Shown piece by piece: positions 19,189 to 29,289 of a stretch of DNA of 64,000 nt. A program made the position numbers and the translations under genes. The notes beneath the pieces were generated by a model that did not search any database, was not told the origin of the DNA, and saw only the letters and a program-made list of their open reading frames with translations. Within the stretch, counting starts at the first letter, position 1; each line of letters starts with the position of its first letter. This stretch comes from Candidatus Bilamarchaeum sp. (GTDB taxonomy: Archaea > Micrarchaeota > Micrarchaeia > Anstonellales > Bilamarchaeaceae): contig DATIFM010000008.1 in NCBI GenBank assembly GCA_035455205.1, positions 13,146-77,145 of the forward strand, in the 5' to 3' direction.

Positions 19189-20177
19189 AAATCTGCTACA
19201 TTCCCGGGGACGGAATAGGCCCGGAACTGATGAAGCATGCGCTCAGGGCGCTGGATGCGCTGGGCAGCTTCAGCCTCGTGGAGGCGAAGGCGGGCTATGA
19301 CTGCTTCAGGGAAAGCGGGAAGTCGCTCCCGGACGAGTCGCTCGCAAGCGCGAAAGCCGCGGACGCGGTACTTTTTTCCGCGCTCACATCGCCGCCCGAG
19401 AGCGTCGCGGACTACCGCAGCCCGGTGCTCCAGCTCCGCAAGGGCCTCGACCTTTACGCGAACGTCAGGCCGTGCAGGTCGTACCCGAACGTGAAAACGC
19501 TCTTTGATGGGATAGACCTCACGATAGTCCGCGAGAACACTGAAGGCATGTATTCCGGGATTGAATGGGTCGAGGGCGAGAGCGCTTTCCTGAAAAGGGT
19601 CGTCACGAAAAAAGGCTCGGAGAGGGTAGTGCGGTTCGCCTTCGAGTGGGCAAAATGCCACGGGAAGGGCAAGGTCACGGTAGTGCACAAGGCAAACGTC
19701 CTGCGGAAGACATGCGGGCTGTTCCTGCAGACCGCGAAGGAAGTCGCGCGCGACTATCCGGAGATAGAGATGGAGGACGTCATTGTGGATGCGATGGCGA
19801 TGAGGCTCATCAAGCACCCGCAGGATTTCCAGGTCATCGTGACCACGAACCTTTTCGGGGACATACTTTCGGACGAGGCGGCCCAGCTCGTCGGGGGGCT
19901 CGGGATGACGCCTTCGATGAACAAAGGCGATTCGCACGCGCTCTTCGAACCGACGCACGGCAGCGCGCCGAAATACGCGGGAAAAGACGTCGTGAACCCT
20001 TGCGCCATGATGCTATCCACCGCGATGATGCTCGACCACCTTGGCCAGAAAGGGATGGGCGAGCGGCTCCGGTCGGCGGTAGTCAAGACGCTTTCGGAAG
20101 GAAAAAAGCTCACGAAGGACTTGGGCGGCACGGCAAAGACGAGCGAGATGGTCGAGGAGATAGTCAGGAACCTATGA
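19185..20177 (+). CDS. Isopropylmalate/homoisocitrate dehydrogenase family
   Basis: PGDGIGPE, LDLYANVRP, RENTEG.Y, HKANVL, NLFGDILSD, EPTHGSAP. Confidence 0.92.
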   Translation: MKICYIPGDGIGPELMKHALRALDALGSFSLVEAKAGYDCFRESGKSLPDESLASAKAADAVLFSALTSPPESVADYRSPVLQLRKGLDLYANVRPCRSYPNVKTLFDGIDLTIVRENTEGMYSGIEWVEGESAFLKRVVTKKGSERVVRFAFEWAKCHGKGKVTVVHKANVLRKTCGLFLQTAKEVARDYPEIEMEDVIVDAMAMRLIKHPQDFQVIVTTNLFGDILSDEAAQLVGGLGMTPSMNKGDSHALFEPTHGSAPKYAGKDVVNPCAMMLSTAMMLDHLGQKGMGERLRSAVVKTLSEGKKLTKDLGGTAKTSEMVEEIVRNL

Positions 20178-20864
20178 GCGGTGGCGCCTTATTCTCTCGA
20201 GTAGGTTCCCTGAGGCGAAAGCGGTGTCGTCGCTGGAGATATAAGTAAGATAGTCCTTGCCGTGAAGTATCTTCCCCCGCTCGCGAAGCTCCTTTCCGGC
20301 GATTATCTCCTTTTCAAGGACGCAGAACTTGTTCCCGCCGTAATGGAGCGGGATTGGCGTCCCGGAGCGGTATTTTTTGCTTTCCATGTCGTAATAGTCG
20401 GAATTCACGAAGCAGGCGACGGGCTCGAGGACCATGACAGGCCTGTCGGTTCCCGAGGTGTCGGATGGCTTCAGGATCTCGAGGACCCGCATCTCCACGG
20501 AGGCGATGCACTTTTTCAGCCGCGGCGGCTTCACGATTGAGGAAGGGGCTGTCTCGATTCCCAGGATGGAGAACTTGTCCTCCCCCTCGCGGAACCCGCC
20601 CCAGGCGCTGTCCCACAGGGTGTCGAGCGTCTCCTCGTCGCCGAACGGGATGCTCGCGACGAGCTCCGGGTTCTTTTCTATGTTCTTGAACGTCTTGCGC
20701 CTCGGGTTGATGGCGATTATCAGCCGGACGGGGATGTGCGTTAGCCCGGTCAAAGTCACCATGGGGGCGATGTTGGGGCCCGAGCCGGACTGGGTAGTTA
20801 TCCAGAACAGGGGGAACGGCCGCATCACGCCGGAAAAGCTTTTCGGGTCGAGTTCCTGCATCAT
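20172..20864 (-). CDS. Flavin reductase-like (DIM6/NTAB) protein
   Basis: PFPLFWITT, NIAP, T.KNIE...E, DKF, PS..VKPP, PLHYGG. Confidence 0.8.
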   Translation of the reverse strand: MMQELDPKSFSGVMRPFPLFWITTQSGSGPNIAPMVTLTGLTHIPVRLIIAINPRRKTFKNIEKNPELVASIPFGDEETLDTLWDSAWGGFREGEDKFSILGIETAPSSIVKPPRLKKCIASVEMRVLEILKPSDTSGTDRPVMVLEPVACFVNSDYYDMESKKYRSGTPIPLHYGGNKFCVLEKEIIAGKELRERGKILHGKDYLTYISSDDTAFASGNLLERIRRHRS

Positions 20865-22120
20865 GAGCCCACCTTCGAGAACACCACCCTGAGCTTTCCT
20901 GTCCTGCCTTTCTTAATCCCGCTGGTCCGCTCGAACTCGACCCGCACGCTTTCCCCGAAGCACTGCCGCCGGATACCCTGGGCTATCTCAACCTTGGCCG
21001 CATCAGGGATGTCGCTTGCTACGGGCACGTAGCGGAAAATAAAAAGGCCGCGCTCGGCCTGCTCAATCTGGTATTCGTAGAAATGCGAGAGAAGCGCGTA
21101 TTTCACGTAGAAGCTTTTTCCCGGAACGGTACGCCCGCCCGGCAGAATTATCTGGTCGTCCTTCCGCCCCGTGAGGTCTGTGATGACCGGCGTCTCCTTC
21201 CCGCAATCGCATTCCCTGCCCCAACTGGCCTCGTCCCCTATCCTGAACCTGAAGAGGGGCATCGCCCGGTTGAAGAGGGGGCTTACCACGAGCTCGCCCT
21301 GGCCGCTCTTTTTCGGCCTGCCTTTTTCGTCCACAATCTCCACGATGCAGGATTTGGATTCAACATGGAGGCTCCTTCCCTTCACGCATTCGCGCGCTAT
21401 CGAGGAGCACTCCATGGAGCCGTAGTGCGTGTAGACAGGGCAGGAGAACGAGTCGGAAAGCTCCTTCCGGACGTCCTCGGAGAGAAGCTCGCCGACGCAC
21501 ACAATGTTCTTCAAGCGCAGCGGGTTCGGGACGCGCGAGTTCATCTTCGCGATGAGCGAGAGGGCCGATGGATATCCGCGGATTGTCTTGGGCCGGTGCT
21601 TCATCAGCATCGCGAAGTTCTTCTCGGGCGGGTCGTAGACGGGAAGGAACATCTTCGGGAACAGCGGAAGCATCCTGTCGAGGTTCCTGTCGAAATCCAC
21701 CGAATGCAGCCGGCAGTAGAGCTGGAAGGGGGCGCGGCCGTACGATATGTCGGTAGCGTATCGCACTGCCTGCCGCAGGCACGCCGTGTCGATGTCCTGG
21801 TAGATGCGCGTAGGCGTGCCGGATGAGCCGGAGGTCTGGGCAAATCCGAGCGCCTTTACGTCGAAATAGTCCGGAACGAACGCCTCAGGGTGGTCGCGGA
21901 TGTCGGGTTTCCCGGTGAGGGGAATGCTCTCGGGGCTTTCGAAGAAGTCGGCAGGAGTAACGCCCTTCAGCTTATCCCCGTAGAACTTCGTCCGCATCGC
22001 CGCCTTCAGCTGGCGGCCGAGCTTTTTTTCCTGCAGTTTCCGCAGGGCATCGGCATCCAGCGACTCCTCGCGCCACCAGTTCGCAAAATGCGTGAGGAAT
22101 GAGACGGTCTTTCCGAGCAT
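20861..22120 (-). CDS. Phenylacetate-CoA ligase/CapK-like adenylate-forming enzyme
   Basis: TSGSSGTP, GYPS, YGSME, MPLFRFRIGD, GRKDD, GKLR. Confidence 0.85.
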   Translation of the reverse strand: MLGKTVSFLTHFANWWREESLDADALRKLQEKKLGRQLKAAMRTKFYGDKLKGVTPADFFESPESIPLTGKPDIRDHPEAFVPDYFDVKALGFAQTSGSSGTPTRIYQDIDTACLRQAVRYATDISYGRAPFQLYCRLHSVDFDRNLDRMLPLFPKMFLPVYDPPEKNFAMLMKHRPKTIRGYPSALSLIAKMNSRVPNPLRLKNIVCVGELLSEDVRKELSDSFSCPVYTHYGSMECSSIARECVKGRSLHVESKSCIVEIVDEKGRPKKSGQGELVVSPLFNRAMPLFRFRIGDEASWGRECDCGKETPVITDLTGRKDDQIILPGGRTVPGKSFYVKYALLSHFYEYQIEQAERGLFIFRYVPVASDIPDAAKVEIAQGIRRQCFGESVRVEFERTSGIKKGRTGKLRVVFSKVGS

Positions 22121-22194
22121 CGGTGCACCAGAATAGCTTTCCCGGGGAACGTTTTTTATTGGACATGCAAAAGCTATAAAAGATTAATAAGAGT

Positions 22195-22962
22195 GTGGAT
22201 TCCATGTCCCCTGCACGGTATCTTCTCTTGGTTCTGGTCCTGTCGGCGGCCGCCTTTTCCACGGCGCCCGCCTGGGTCGTGAAAGACACGGTAGTCGAGT
22301 ATTCCGTAGGGAGCGACAAGATAACTTTCACTGTGCTCTCGAACAACGGCACCGACGTCAAGATGCAGATAAAGCCTTCCACCGCCCCGAACTCTTACAC
22401 CGCAACCGAGAACGCGAGCGCCATGTACGGGCAGATTTGGTTCGACAGCGAGCTGCTCTCGGGCGCCTCGTATGGCAGGACTTACGGGGACTTGACTGTC
22501 ACCGACGAAGGCACCGAGACCTATGCCGGCAAGGAATACCACACGATAACCCTGAATGGGGAAATCAGCGGCTCCGACACGACAAGGGTATATGACAAGG
22601 AAACCGGACTCATGCTGAAGCAGACCGTGACAGCAGCCGGAGCGCCTCAGGTGGTTCTCGCCAAGTTCACTCCGCCCGCGGCCCCTGCGCCGCCTCCGCC
22701 GCCCCCGCCCCAGCAGCCCGCGAACCAGACGAACACGAGCCAGCCCTCGCAGCCCCAGCAGCCTCCGGCCAACCAGACCTCGCAGCCAAGCCAGCCATCC
22801 CAGCCATACCAGCCGCCGACAGTAACCCCCAACCCTCCCGCGGAGGAACCGGCCGAAGAAACGCCCGAGGCGCCGGCGAAGCGGTCGATAACCTCGGCCT
22901 GCTGCGGAAGCGCGGTCATACTCCTCGCGCTGCTTGCGGCGTTCGCGAAAAGGGAGGCCTGA
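22195..22962 (+). CDS. Secreted protein with a Pro/Gln-rich stalk and C-terminal Cys-Cys membrane-anchor/sorting signal
   Basis: N-terminal signal peptide, QPSQP repeats with NQT sequons, and a CCGSAVILLALLAAFAKR end. Confidence 0.82.
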   Translation: MDSMSPARYLLLVLVLSAAAFSTAPAWVVKDTVVEYSVGSDKITFTVLSNNGTDVKMQIKPSTAPNSYTATENASAMYGQIWFDSELLSGASYGRTYGDLTVTDEGTETYAGKEYHTITLNGEISGSDTTRVYDKETGLMLKQTVTAAGAPQVVLAKFTPPAAPAPPPPPPPQQPANQTNTSQPSQPQQPPANQTSQPSQPSQPYQPPTVTPNPPAEEPAEETPEAPAKRSITSACCGSAVILLALLAAFAKREA

Positions 22963-22968
22963 GGGCGC

Positions 22969-25482
22969 TCAGGATTTCGAGTCCTTCCTGACCATCTTCC
23001 TGAATATCTCGAGGAATATCGGATCTATCGGCTCAAGATACCTGGAGAGCTGGGGAAGGAACCGGTTCAGGATGCCCAGGCTCTCGAAGTGCCTTCCGAA
23101 CTGGTCGGCGTAGAGCGCCATCCGAGTATAACCCTGCAGCCCCCCGTGCAGCGCAGCCTGGTCCACATAGGGGATGAGCGGCGCGATTGACGGAGCGCTT
23201 ACATGCGCGTCTGTTATTGTCTTGCCGAAGGCCAGGTCGTGGTGGTGGCCCTGCACCATTAGGAATGCGCCATCCCTCCGCTGAAGCGTCTTGTGCTCCA
23301 TGAGGCCGGTGACGTGGTCGCGCGACGAGCGGGCCTTGTGGATTCCGAAAATCGGGATTCCCTTCGCGGTCACCTGCCCGCTCCCGATCCACCCGCCATA
23401 GAAAACGTGGATGCGCGGGTCGTTCTCGCGGAACCCGCCCGTCATTTTCACCGCGCTCGCGATGCGCACGGCCTCGTCCAGCCTCTCGTCGCGGTGAGAC
23501 TGGTTGTAGTGGTTGCCCGAAATGAATATCGCTTCCCCGCCCCGGGAAATCACTTCCGCCGCGTGCTCGATGAGCGGTATCAGGAGATGTATCTGCCGGT
23601 CGAGGTTCGGGACGGTGTAGGCGCAGGACGCCCTCCGGTAGAATTCGCGCATCGCCCTCTCGAAATCGAGCGGGCCGAGCGACGGGTCGCCGTTTATCCT
23701 TTCCCCGAGCAGGCGCCGGAACTCGTGCTCGTCGAGGAAATTCCTGGCCACGACCTCGTTGGCCTTCGAGCCGAGCGTCCCTTCTACCATGTCACCGCCG
23801 AAGATTATCAAATCGGGGATGCCCAAGGCCCTGCTGTCTGCGATTGCGGCCCGCATTATCTCCTGGTTCGAGTGGGAGTCCCACGGATTTCCGATGCCGA
23901 TATGGTAGTCGCTGTGAATCTCGGCTATCACCCGCTTTATCCTCCGTATCGGAGGGGGCTGGAAAATGTCCTCGAGGGGGGCCTTGTTCTGCACGAGCAT
24001 CCGAAGCTGCTCGTCCGAAAGGCGGGATGGGAGCTCGAGTGCGAACCGCGATGCCGCCTTCGCCCCCGGCTCCCCGGATTGCCCGTCTTCGAGGGTCGCA
24101 AGCCTGCGCCGGAGCTTTTCGCGCTCTGAGTAGAGAATCGGCCTCGCAAGCTGCTCCAGGTGGGCCAGGCCGAGCATTTCGAAAGAGAGGGCGCCGTCCC
24201 TCGCCGCGGTTATTATCGTCAGGCCGGAATCCAGCTGCGATTTGTCCAGTGCTTCGGTCTGGGGGGTCTTTATCTTCCGGTTGTAGGCGTCGAAGAGCCC
24301 AGCCGGGTCCGAGAATCCCCCCTGCTGGAAAACATACATCGGATGGGCGTCGGCATAGGACTGCGGGAGCGCCCAGCCTTTTGTTCCGGGGTGGTGGGAG
24401 AACAGGAACAGGTCCACCTTGGGAAGGAGCCCGTAGGACTGCAACTTCGACTGGACCTCCTCCCGGCCGGCGAGCGCGGCCTTCTTTGCCGTTTTTGAGG
24501 TGTTCTCGAGGTTGTGCCCTACCGCGACCCGCAGCCCGCCGACGTCGATGAGGGAGATGTTGTCCTGGAGTATCCGGACATCCGTTCCCTCGAACAGGCG
24601 GTGGAGGACGTCAAGGTATTCCCTCGTTGCCCTTTCCTTCAGCTCCTTGGTTTCGGAGGGCGTCATGTATTCGGTGTTCGTCCTCCTCACGGCCCCGAGG
24701 TTGGCAAGGTCATCCTCGAAGAGAGCGATGCGCTCATCCAGCTTCTTGCGCCGGCCGATGAGCTGCTCCCTCTTTGCAGAGATTGCCTTTACCTCCCGGG
24801 ACAGCTTCCGTATCCGGTTCTCTTCCCCTTCGTGGCGGCCTTCGTCGTGCATCCTCCGCTTCCGTCTCCTTCCCAAAGCCTTCATCTCGCGGAGCAGGGA
24901 GTCCGACTCCTCTTCCATGCTTGCGAGGCGGGCGTCAATGGTGCCTTCCTCGTCCCTCAGCGTGCCAATGCGCGCCTGGAGGCTCTCTGCTTTCCTCGAT
25001 TCTGCGATCATCCGGTCGGTAATCGTCTCTATGTTCGCATGGTCCTCCTCGCCCATTACGTACACTAGCGGTGTCTTGCCGGCCTTTTCCGAGAGGAGCT
25101 TCATCGCCCTTCGCATAACCTCGCAGGAGTCGTTGATGTCGTCGATGCCGTCCATGAGGAACTCCATTTTCTGGCGGTTGCCCCTCGAGCCCCGGGTGGG
25201 CACCTCGGGGAGTGCACCCCCGTTGATGACGATAAGGTCGAACTTGCCGCCCTTTTCACCAAGCAGGCCGCACAGCCCGAGGAAGGCGTTGAAGTTGAAT
25301 GCCGCCGTCCCCCCGAAGAGCTCGCCCATGGAAAGTATCCGGACATCCCGCGCGAGCCGGTCGGCAAGCGGCCTGAAGAGGGAAAACCGGCTGCGGCCCT
25401 CGCCCAAATCATCCATCACTTTCAGGGGCCTGCGCATTTCCAGGTACTCGGCATTTTCAAAAAGGGCATGTGGGGAAGCCAA
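22969..25482 (-). CDS. Large protein with two calcineurin-like metallophosphoesterase domains and a coiled-coil insert
   Basis: C-terminal domain: SDYHIG, GGDMVEG, SGNHY, GHHH. The N-terminal domain has degenerate equivalents. TTG start 4 nt after GGTGA. Confidence 0.75.
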   Translation of the reverse strand: MASPHALFENAEYLEMRRPLKVMDDLGEGRSRFSLFRPLADRLARDVRILSMGELFGGTAAFNFNAFLGLCGLLGEKGGKFDLIVINGGALPEVPTRGSRGNRQKMEFLMDGIDDINDSCEVMRRAMKLLSEKAGKTPLVYVMGEEDHANIETITDRMIAESRKAESLQARIGTLRDEEGTIDARLASMEEESDSLLREMKALGRRRKRRMHDEGRHEGEENRIRKLSREVKAISAKREQLIGRRKKLDERIALFEDDLANLGAVRRTNTEYMTPSETKELKERATREYLDVLHRLFEGTDVRILQDNISLIDVGGLRVAVGHNLENTSKTAKKAALAGREEVQSKLQSYGLLPKVDLFLFSHHPGTKGWALPQSYADAHPMYVFQQGGFSDPAGLFDAYNRKIKTPQTEALDKSQLDSGLTIITAARDGALSFEMLGLAHLEQLARPILYSEREKLRRRLATLEDGQSGEPGAKAASRFALELPSRLSDEQLRMLVQNKAPLEDIFQPPPIRRIKRVIAEIHSDYHIGIGNPWDSHSNQEIMRAAIADSRALGIPDLIIFGGDMVEGTLGSKANEVVARNFLDEHEFRRLLGERINGDPSLGPLDFERAMREFYRRASCAYTVPNLDRQIHLLIPLIEHAAEVISRGGEAIFISGNHYNQSHRDERLDEAVRIASAVKMTGGFRENDPRIHVFYGGWIGSGQVTAKGIPIFGIHKARSSRDHVTGLMEHKTLQRRDGAFLMVQGHHHDLAFGKTITDAHVSAPSIAPLIPYVDQAALHGGLQGYTRMALYADQFGRHFESLGILNRFLPQLSRYLEPIDPIFLEIFRKMVRKDSKS

Positions 25483-25571
25483 ACCATCACCTCTCGTATC
25501 GGACGGGCCGGCGCGCTATAAAAGGGTATTCCGGAAAATCCGGAAATTATTGCAAAGTATTTCCGCCCGCG

Positions 25572-26465
25572 CTACCGTTTCATGGAAATATTCCAAGAGC
25601 CCGGGGCAAGGGACGACAAAACGCCCTGGAGGTCGGGCGCCACGATTCCTCTTTCGTATCCCGACACCGCATCGATTTCATATATGCCCGTCGCACCTTT
25701 CATGACTAGGCACACAGGGACGCCCATGAACAGCGGGAGGCTGAGGTCGAGCTCGAAAATGTCCCCGGCAACAAGGGCTTCGCCCCTTGAAACGCCCGCC
25801 GACGCGAGTATTCCTTCGATAATTTCCCAGTATTTTTTCCGGCGAAGCAAAACAGGGCGCCCGAGCCCGCCCACTTCCATGCCCTCCGGCACCGCGGCCC
25901 ATGAGTCGTCGATGGCATATTTCTGCGCGCTCCCGAAAACGGGCGGGGCACGGCCGGGCCCGAGTTGCGCAAGCTTCCGCTCCACATTCCCCGCTTCCGA
26001 GCTCGTGACAATGAAGACGGGGAATTTGTCCATCAGCTCACGCAGGAATTCCCCGGCCCCGTCCCTGAAAACCGTCGGGTTCAGGGGATAATTCCGGTGG
26101 AAGATGGAATCTGAGAGTTTCAGCCTCTCCGCCTTGTCCATGAACAGGCCGAGCGAGTCGAGGACAGCCCCCGCCGTTGCAGTCGCCAGGATGTGGGGGT
26201 CCGCATAAGCCGGGGCGACTATCTTTCCGCCCACGCTCCACCCGAAGTCCGGGCTTTCGTCCAGCTTCCTTCGCTCGGCTTCCCAGAGGCGGCCGAGCTC
26301 CGCTTCGGCGATGCCAAGGACGCTGCACAGGTCGAGCAGGTAGCGCTCGCCGAATCCCGCGGCCTCCTTCTCGACGTCGGTGAGGGTGCCGTCAAAGTCC
26401 AGGATGACGCACCTTACAGGGAACCGGCCGCGCTTTTTTCCGGCTTCCGCGGTCCGCAGTTTCAT
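25572..26465 (-). CDS. HAD-superfamily hydrolase
   Basis: ILDFDGTLT, VTSS, K, AGDIFELD. Confidence 0.85.
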   Translation of the reverse strand: MKLRTAEAGKKRGRFPVRCVILDFDGTLTDVEKEAAGFGERYLLDLCSVLGIAEAELGRLWEAERRKLDESPDFGWSVGGKIVAPAYADPHILATATAGAVLDSLGLFMDKAERLKLSDSIFHRNYPLNPTVFRDGAGEFLRELMDKFPVFIVTSSEAGNVERKLAQLGPGRAPPVFGSAQKYAIDDSWAAVPEGMEVGGLGRPVLLRRKKYWEIIEGILASAGVSRGEALVAGDIFELDLSLPLFMGVPVCLVMKGATGIYEIDAVSGYERGIVAPDLQGVLSSLAPGSWNISMKR

Positions 26466-26607
26466 CGCATCAGGCGGCATTTTCCGGGTATTTAGGGCTT
26501 TATGCGGAAAACGCGGAAATTTTGCCGCGCTAAGGCCCCCAATGAGGCTCACGGCCGGAAATTTTCCAAGCTGTAACGTTATTAAACGCACAGTGATTAG
26601 GCTCAGC

Positions 26608-27990
26608 ATGAGACTAACTTTCTATGGCGCTGCCGGAATCGTGACAGGCTCATGCCACCTGCTCGAGGCCGCGGGGCAAAGGATTCTCGTCGATTGCGGC
26701 ATGTTCCAGGGGGCCAAGGAGGTAACGAGGCTGAACTACGAGCACTTCGGCTTCGACCCGAAGAAGGTCTCGTGCCTGCTCCTCACCCACGCCCACATCG
26801 ACCACTGCGGGCTGATTCCGAAGCTCGTGAAGGCCGGGTTCCGCGGCTCGATAATCGCGACTCCCCCGACAGTGCAGCTAGCCAAGATAATGCTCGAGGA
26901 CTCCGCGACCGTCAACAAGGAGGAGACCGAGCAGGAGAACCGGAGGCGCCTCCGTGAAGGGCTGCCGCCCCGCAAGCCGCTCTACACGCTGGACGACGTG
27001 AGGCATTCCCTGCATTTTTTCCGCCCGCTCCGCTATAACACGCCGCTCCAGATCGGGAAGGGGCTGAAGGTCACGCTCAGGGACGCCGGGCACATACTCG
27101 GCTCGGCAATGGTGGACTTGTCGGTGAACGAGAGCGGGAAAAACACCCGCATAGTCTTTTCGGGCGACATGGGCCAGGGAGGGACGCCCCTCGTAGAGGA
27201 CCCAAAGATAATAGACGAGGCGGATTTTGTTCTCATCGAATCGACATACGGTAGCCGCGCGCACGGAAGCGTGTCGACCAGGCAGGAGCTCCTTTCGCGC
27301 GAAGTGAAGGACACGTTCAGGAGGGGCGGCATGCTCATGATTCCCTCGTTCGCCGTCGAGAGGACGCAGGAGATAATCTACTACCTCCACAGGATGGAGA
27401 AGGAAGGGAGCCTGCCGAACGAGTCCGTTTTCCTCGACAGCCCGCTCGCCATCGAAGCGACGAAAGTGTTCAACGCGAACCTCGACTACTTCTCCCCGGC
27501 GCTCCGGAGGGAGTTCAAGGAGCCGTTCACGTTCAAGAAGCTGAAATTCCTCAAGACGATTGAGGACTCGTCGTCCCTGAACGACTACCGGAAGCCGTGC
27601 ATCGTGATAGCCGGGAACGGGATGTGCACCGCCGGCAGGATAAAGTTCCACCTGAAGCACCACCTCTGGGACCCGAGGAGCACGGTCTGCTTCGTTGGAT
27701 ACCAGGCAGAAGGCACCCTCGGCAGGCTGATACTCGAGGGAGCAAGGAAAGTGCACATGATGGGCTTCGACGTCGCTGTGAAGGCGAAAGTCCGGCACCT
27801 AGACAATTTCTCGTCGCACATAGACGCGGCCGGAATGATAAGGTGGCTCGGCGCGATGCGCAGGAAGCCCCGGCGCATCTTCATCGTGCACGGCGAGGAA
27901 TCGTCCTCGAAGGAGCTCGAGTCGAGGCTGAAATCGAGAGGGTATAAGACCCACGTCCCGATATTGGGCGAGAGCGTCGAGCTTTACTGA
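26608..27990 (+). CDS. MBL-fold beta-CASP ribonuclease (YSH1/aCPSF2-like)
   Basis: VTGSCH, VDCGMFQG, THAHIDHCG, AGHILGS, FSGD, ESTYG, FAVERTQE, GYQAEGTLGR, FSSHID, VHGE. Confidence 0.92.
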   Translation: MRLTFYGAAGIVTGSCHLLEAAGQRILVDCGMFQGAKEVTRLNYEHFGFDPKKVSCLLLTHAHIDHCGLIPKLVKAGFRGSIIATPPTVQLAKIMLEDSATVNKEETEQENRRRLREGLPPRKPLYTLDDVRHSLHFFRPLRYNTPLQIGKGLKVTLRDAGHILGSAMVDLSVNESGKNTRIVFSGDMGQGGTPLVEDPKIIDEADFVLIESTYGSRAHGSVSTRQELLSREVKDTFRRGGMLMIPSFAVERTQEIIYYLHRMEKEGSLPNESVFLDSPLAIEATKVFNANLDYFSPALRREFKEPFTFKKLKFLKTIEDSSSLNDYRKPCIVIAGNGMCTAGRIKFHLKHHLWDPRSTVCFVGYQAEGTLGRLILEGARKVHMMGFDVAVKAKVRHLDNFSSHIDAAGMIRWLGAMRRKPRRIFIVHGEESSSKELESRLKSRGYKTHVPILGESVELY

Positions 27991-28001
27991 ATGCGGGCTA
28001 C

Positions 28002-28199
28002 TTATTCCCGCGCATGAGGCATCCGGTAGGACTTGCGGATGCCTTCGGCGCACGGGCTGCACATTCCGTGGCTTTCTATCTCGCTCTTGAGCCGGCTCTG
28101 AAGAGGCTCGGCTATCGGCTCGTGGGTGTCGCGGCGCTTGACCGTGTTGCACCAGCTGCAGTTCACGAGTTCCTTGTGGCGAAGTTCTACCAAACGCAT
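28002..28199 (-). CDS. Small Zn-binding protein (CSWC...HGMCxxC)
   Basis: 65 aa with CSWC and SHGMCSPC; GAGGTG adjacent to the ATG. Confidence 0.65.
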   Translation of the reverse strand: MRLVELRHKELVNCSWCNTVKRRDTHEPIAEPLQSRLKSEIESHGMCSPCAEGIRKSYRMPHARE

Positions 28200-28318
28200 C
28201 ACCTCTTGGCCGGGAGATGGGATCTCCCCGCGCTTGTGTGACACGCGGCTGAATGGTTTATTTAAAATTCCATGAAATACCATGAACAAACAGGAAAAGG
28301 GACGAACAAGCAACAGGT

Positions 28319-29266
28319 TCAGGAATCAGACTCGAGGCGGTGCAGTGTCGCCATCACTGCCGTAAAATCGTCTTCCACGGGGGATAACGCCCACCCGGAA
28401 GGGTCGATTTCATAGGGAGACTGCCATGACTCGATAACTGCAGAGTCTATAGCCCGGACAATTGCGGCCGTGCTTTGCCTGCCCCTGACGATTCCTGAAA
28501 GGTGCACGTTCCCGCTGCAGTCGGTGACGGCGTTGGTTGCCGGGTCGAGCAAGACCTTCAGGTTTTTCGTGAGGCCGTCCGTCGCGACGAGGACGCTTTC
28601 GCCGGGGGCGTTCATGATGCCCCCGTAGCCCATGACTTTGGACGCGTTGAACCGGAACAGGTCTACCGGGTTTGATACGAGGTTCCGGGTAGCGAGGTAT
28701 TCTTCGACGCTCATCTGGCTGACCGGCCTTTTCTTCGGGCCGTAGCGGTATTCGAGCACTCGCTCGGCAAATCCGTCCCGGATGCGGTATGCCGGCGAAT
28801 CCCCGGCTCCGGTAACATAAATTCCGCCGTCAGGGTATAGGATTGCAAGCGTTGCGGTTGTTCCCCCGGCCGCCCTCGCTTCACGGGGGAGGTCCATTGA
28901 CGAGAGGAGGTCAAAGCCCGGATAGAACAGGTTCCCCCGCATCCCGGACTTCAGGAGGCTGAGGAAAATATCCGCCATCTTCTCCGAGAGTATCGTTCCG
29001 GCATCCTTGTAGCCGTCGAAGGCGCCTATGGCGGCTATCCGCTCGCTTATGAAGACTATCGCCGCGTCCTGGCAGATGGGGGCATCATCCTTCTTCCTGA
29101 CTATTGCGGATATGGAAAGGCGCTCGGAAGAGTAGTCGAAGGTGGAGTCCTCGCTCCTGTCGGCTGCGAGCCTTGCACAGAGGATCGGGCCCTCTTCCCT
29201 GACTACCGCATTCTCGAAACGCATCTTCGGCCGGCCTTTTATATCAGGCCGGTGGATTAGCGTCAT
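28319..29266 (-). CDS. PP2C-family Ser/Thr protein phosphatase
   Basis: CQD, AFDGY, GGTTAT, AGDSPAY, VATDGL, EDDFT. Confidence 0.82.
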   Translation of the reverse strand: MTLIHRPDIKGRPKMRFENAVVREEGPILCARLAADRSEDSTFDYSSERLSISAIVRKKDDAPICQDAAIVFISERIAAIGAFDGYKDAGTILSEKMADIFLSLLKSGMRGNLFYPGFDLLSSMDLPREARAAGGTTATLAILYPDGGIYVTGAGDSPAYRIRDGFAERVLEYRYGPKKRPVSQMSVEEYLATRNLVSNPVDLFRFNASKVMGYGGIMNAPGESVLVATDGLTKNLKVLLDPATNAVTDCSGNVHLSGIVRGRQSTAAIVRAIDSAVIESWQSPYEIDPSGWALSPVEDDFTAVMATLHRLESDS

Positions 29267-29289
29267 AAAAATATACTAATTAGGACAGA

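Noticed and set aside
22670..22870. Short CAGCC-rich tandem repeats, considered as a CRISPR array or VNTR
   Set aside because: They encode the in-frame Pro/Gln linker and have no repeat-spacer structure.
25525..26570. Recurrent CCGGAAA/CGGAAATT words in intergenic and promoter-proximal DNA
   Set aside because: They are too short and degenerate to separate from background without statistics.
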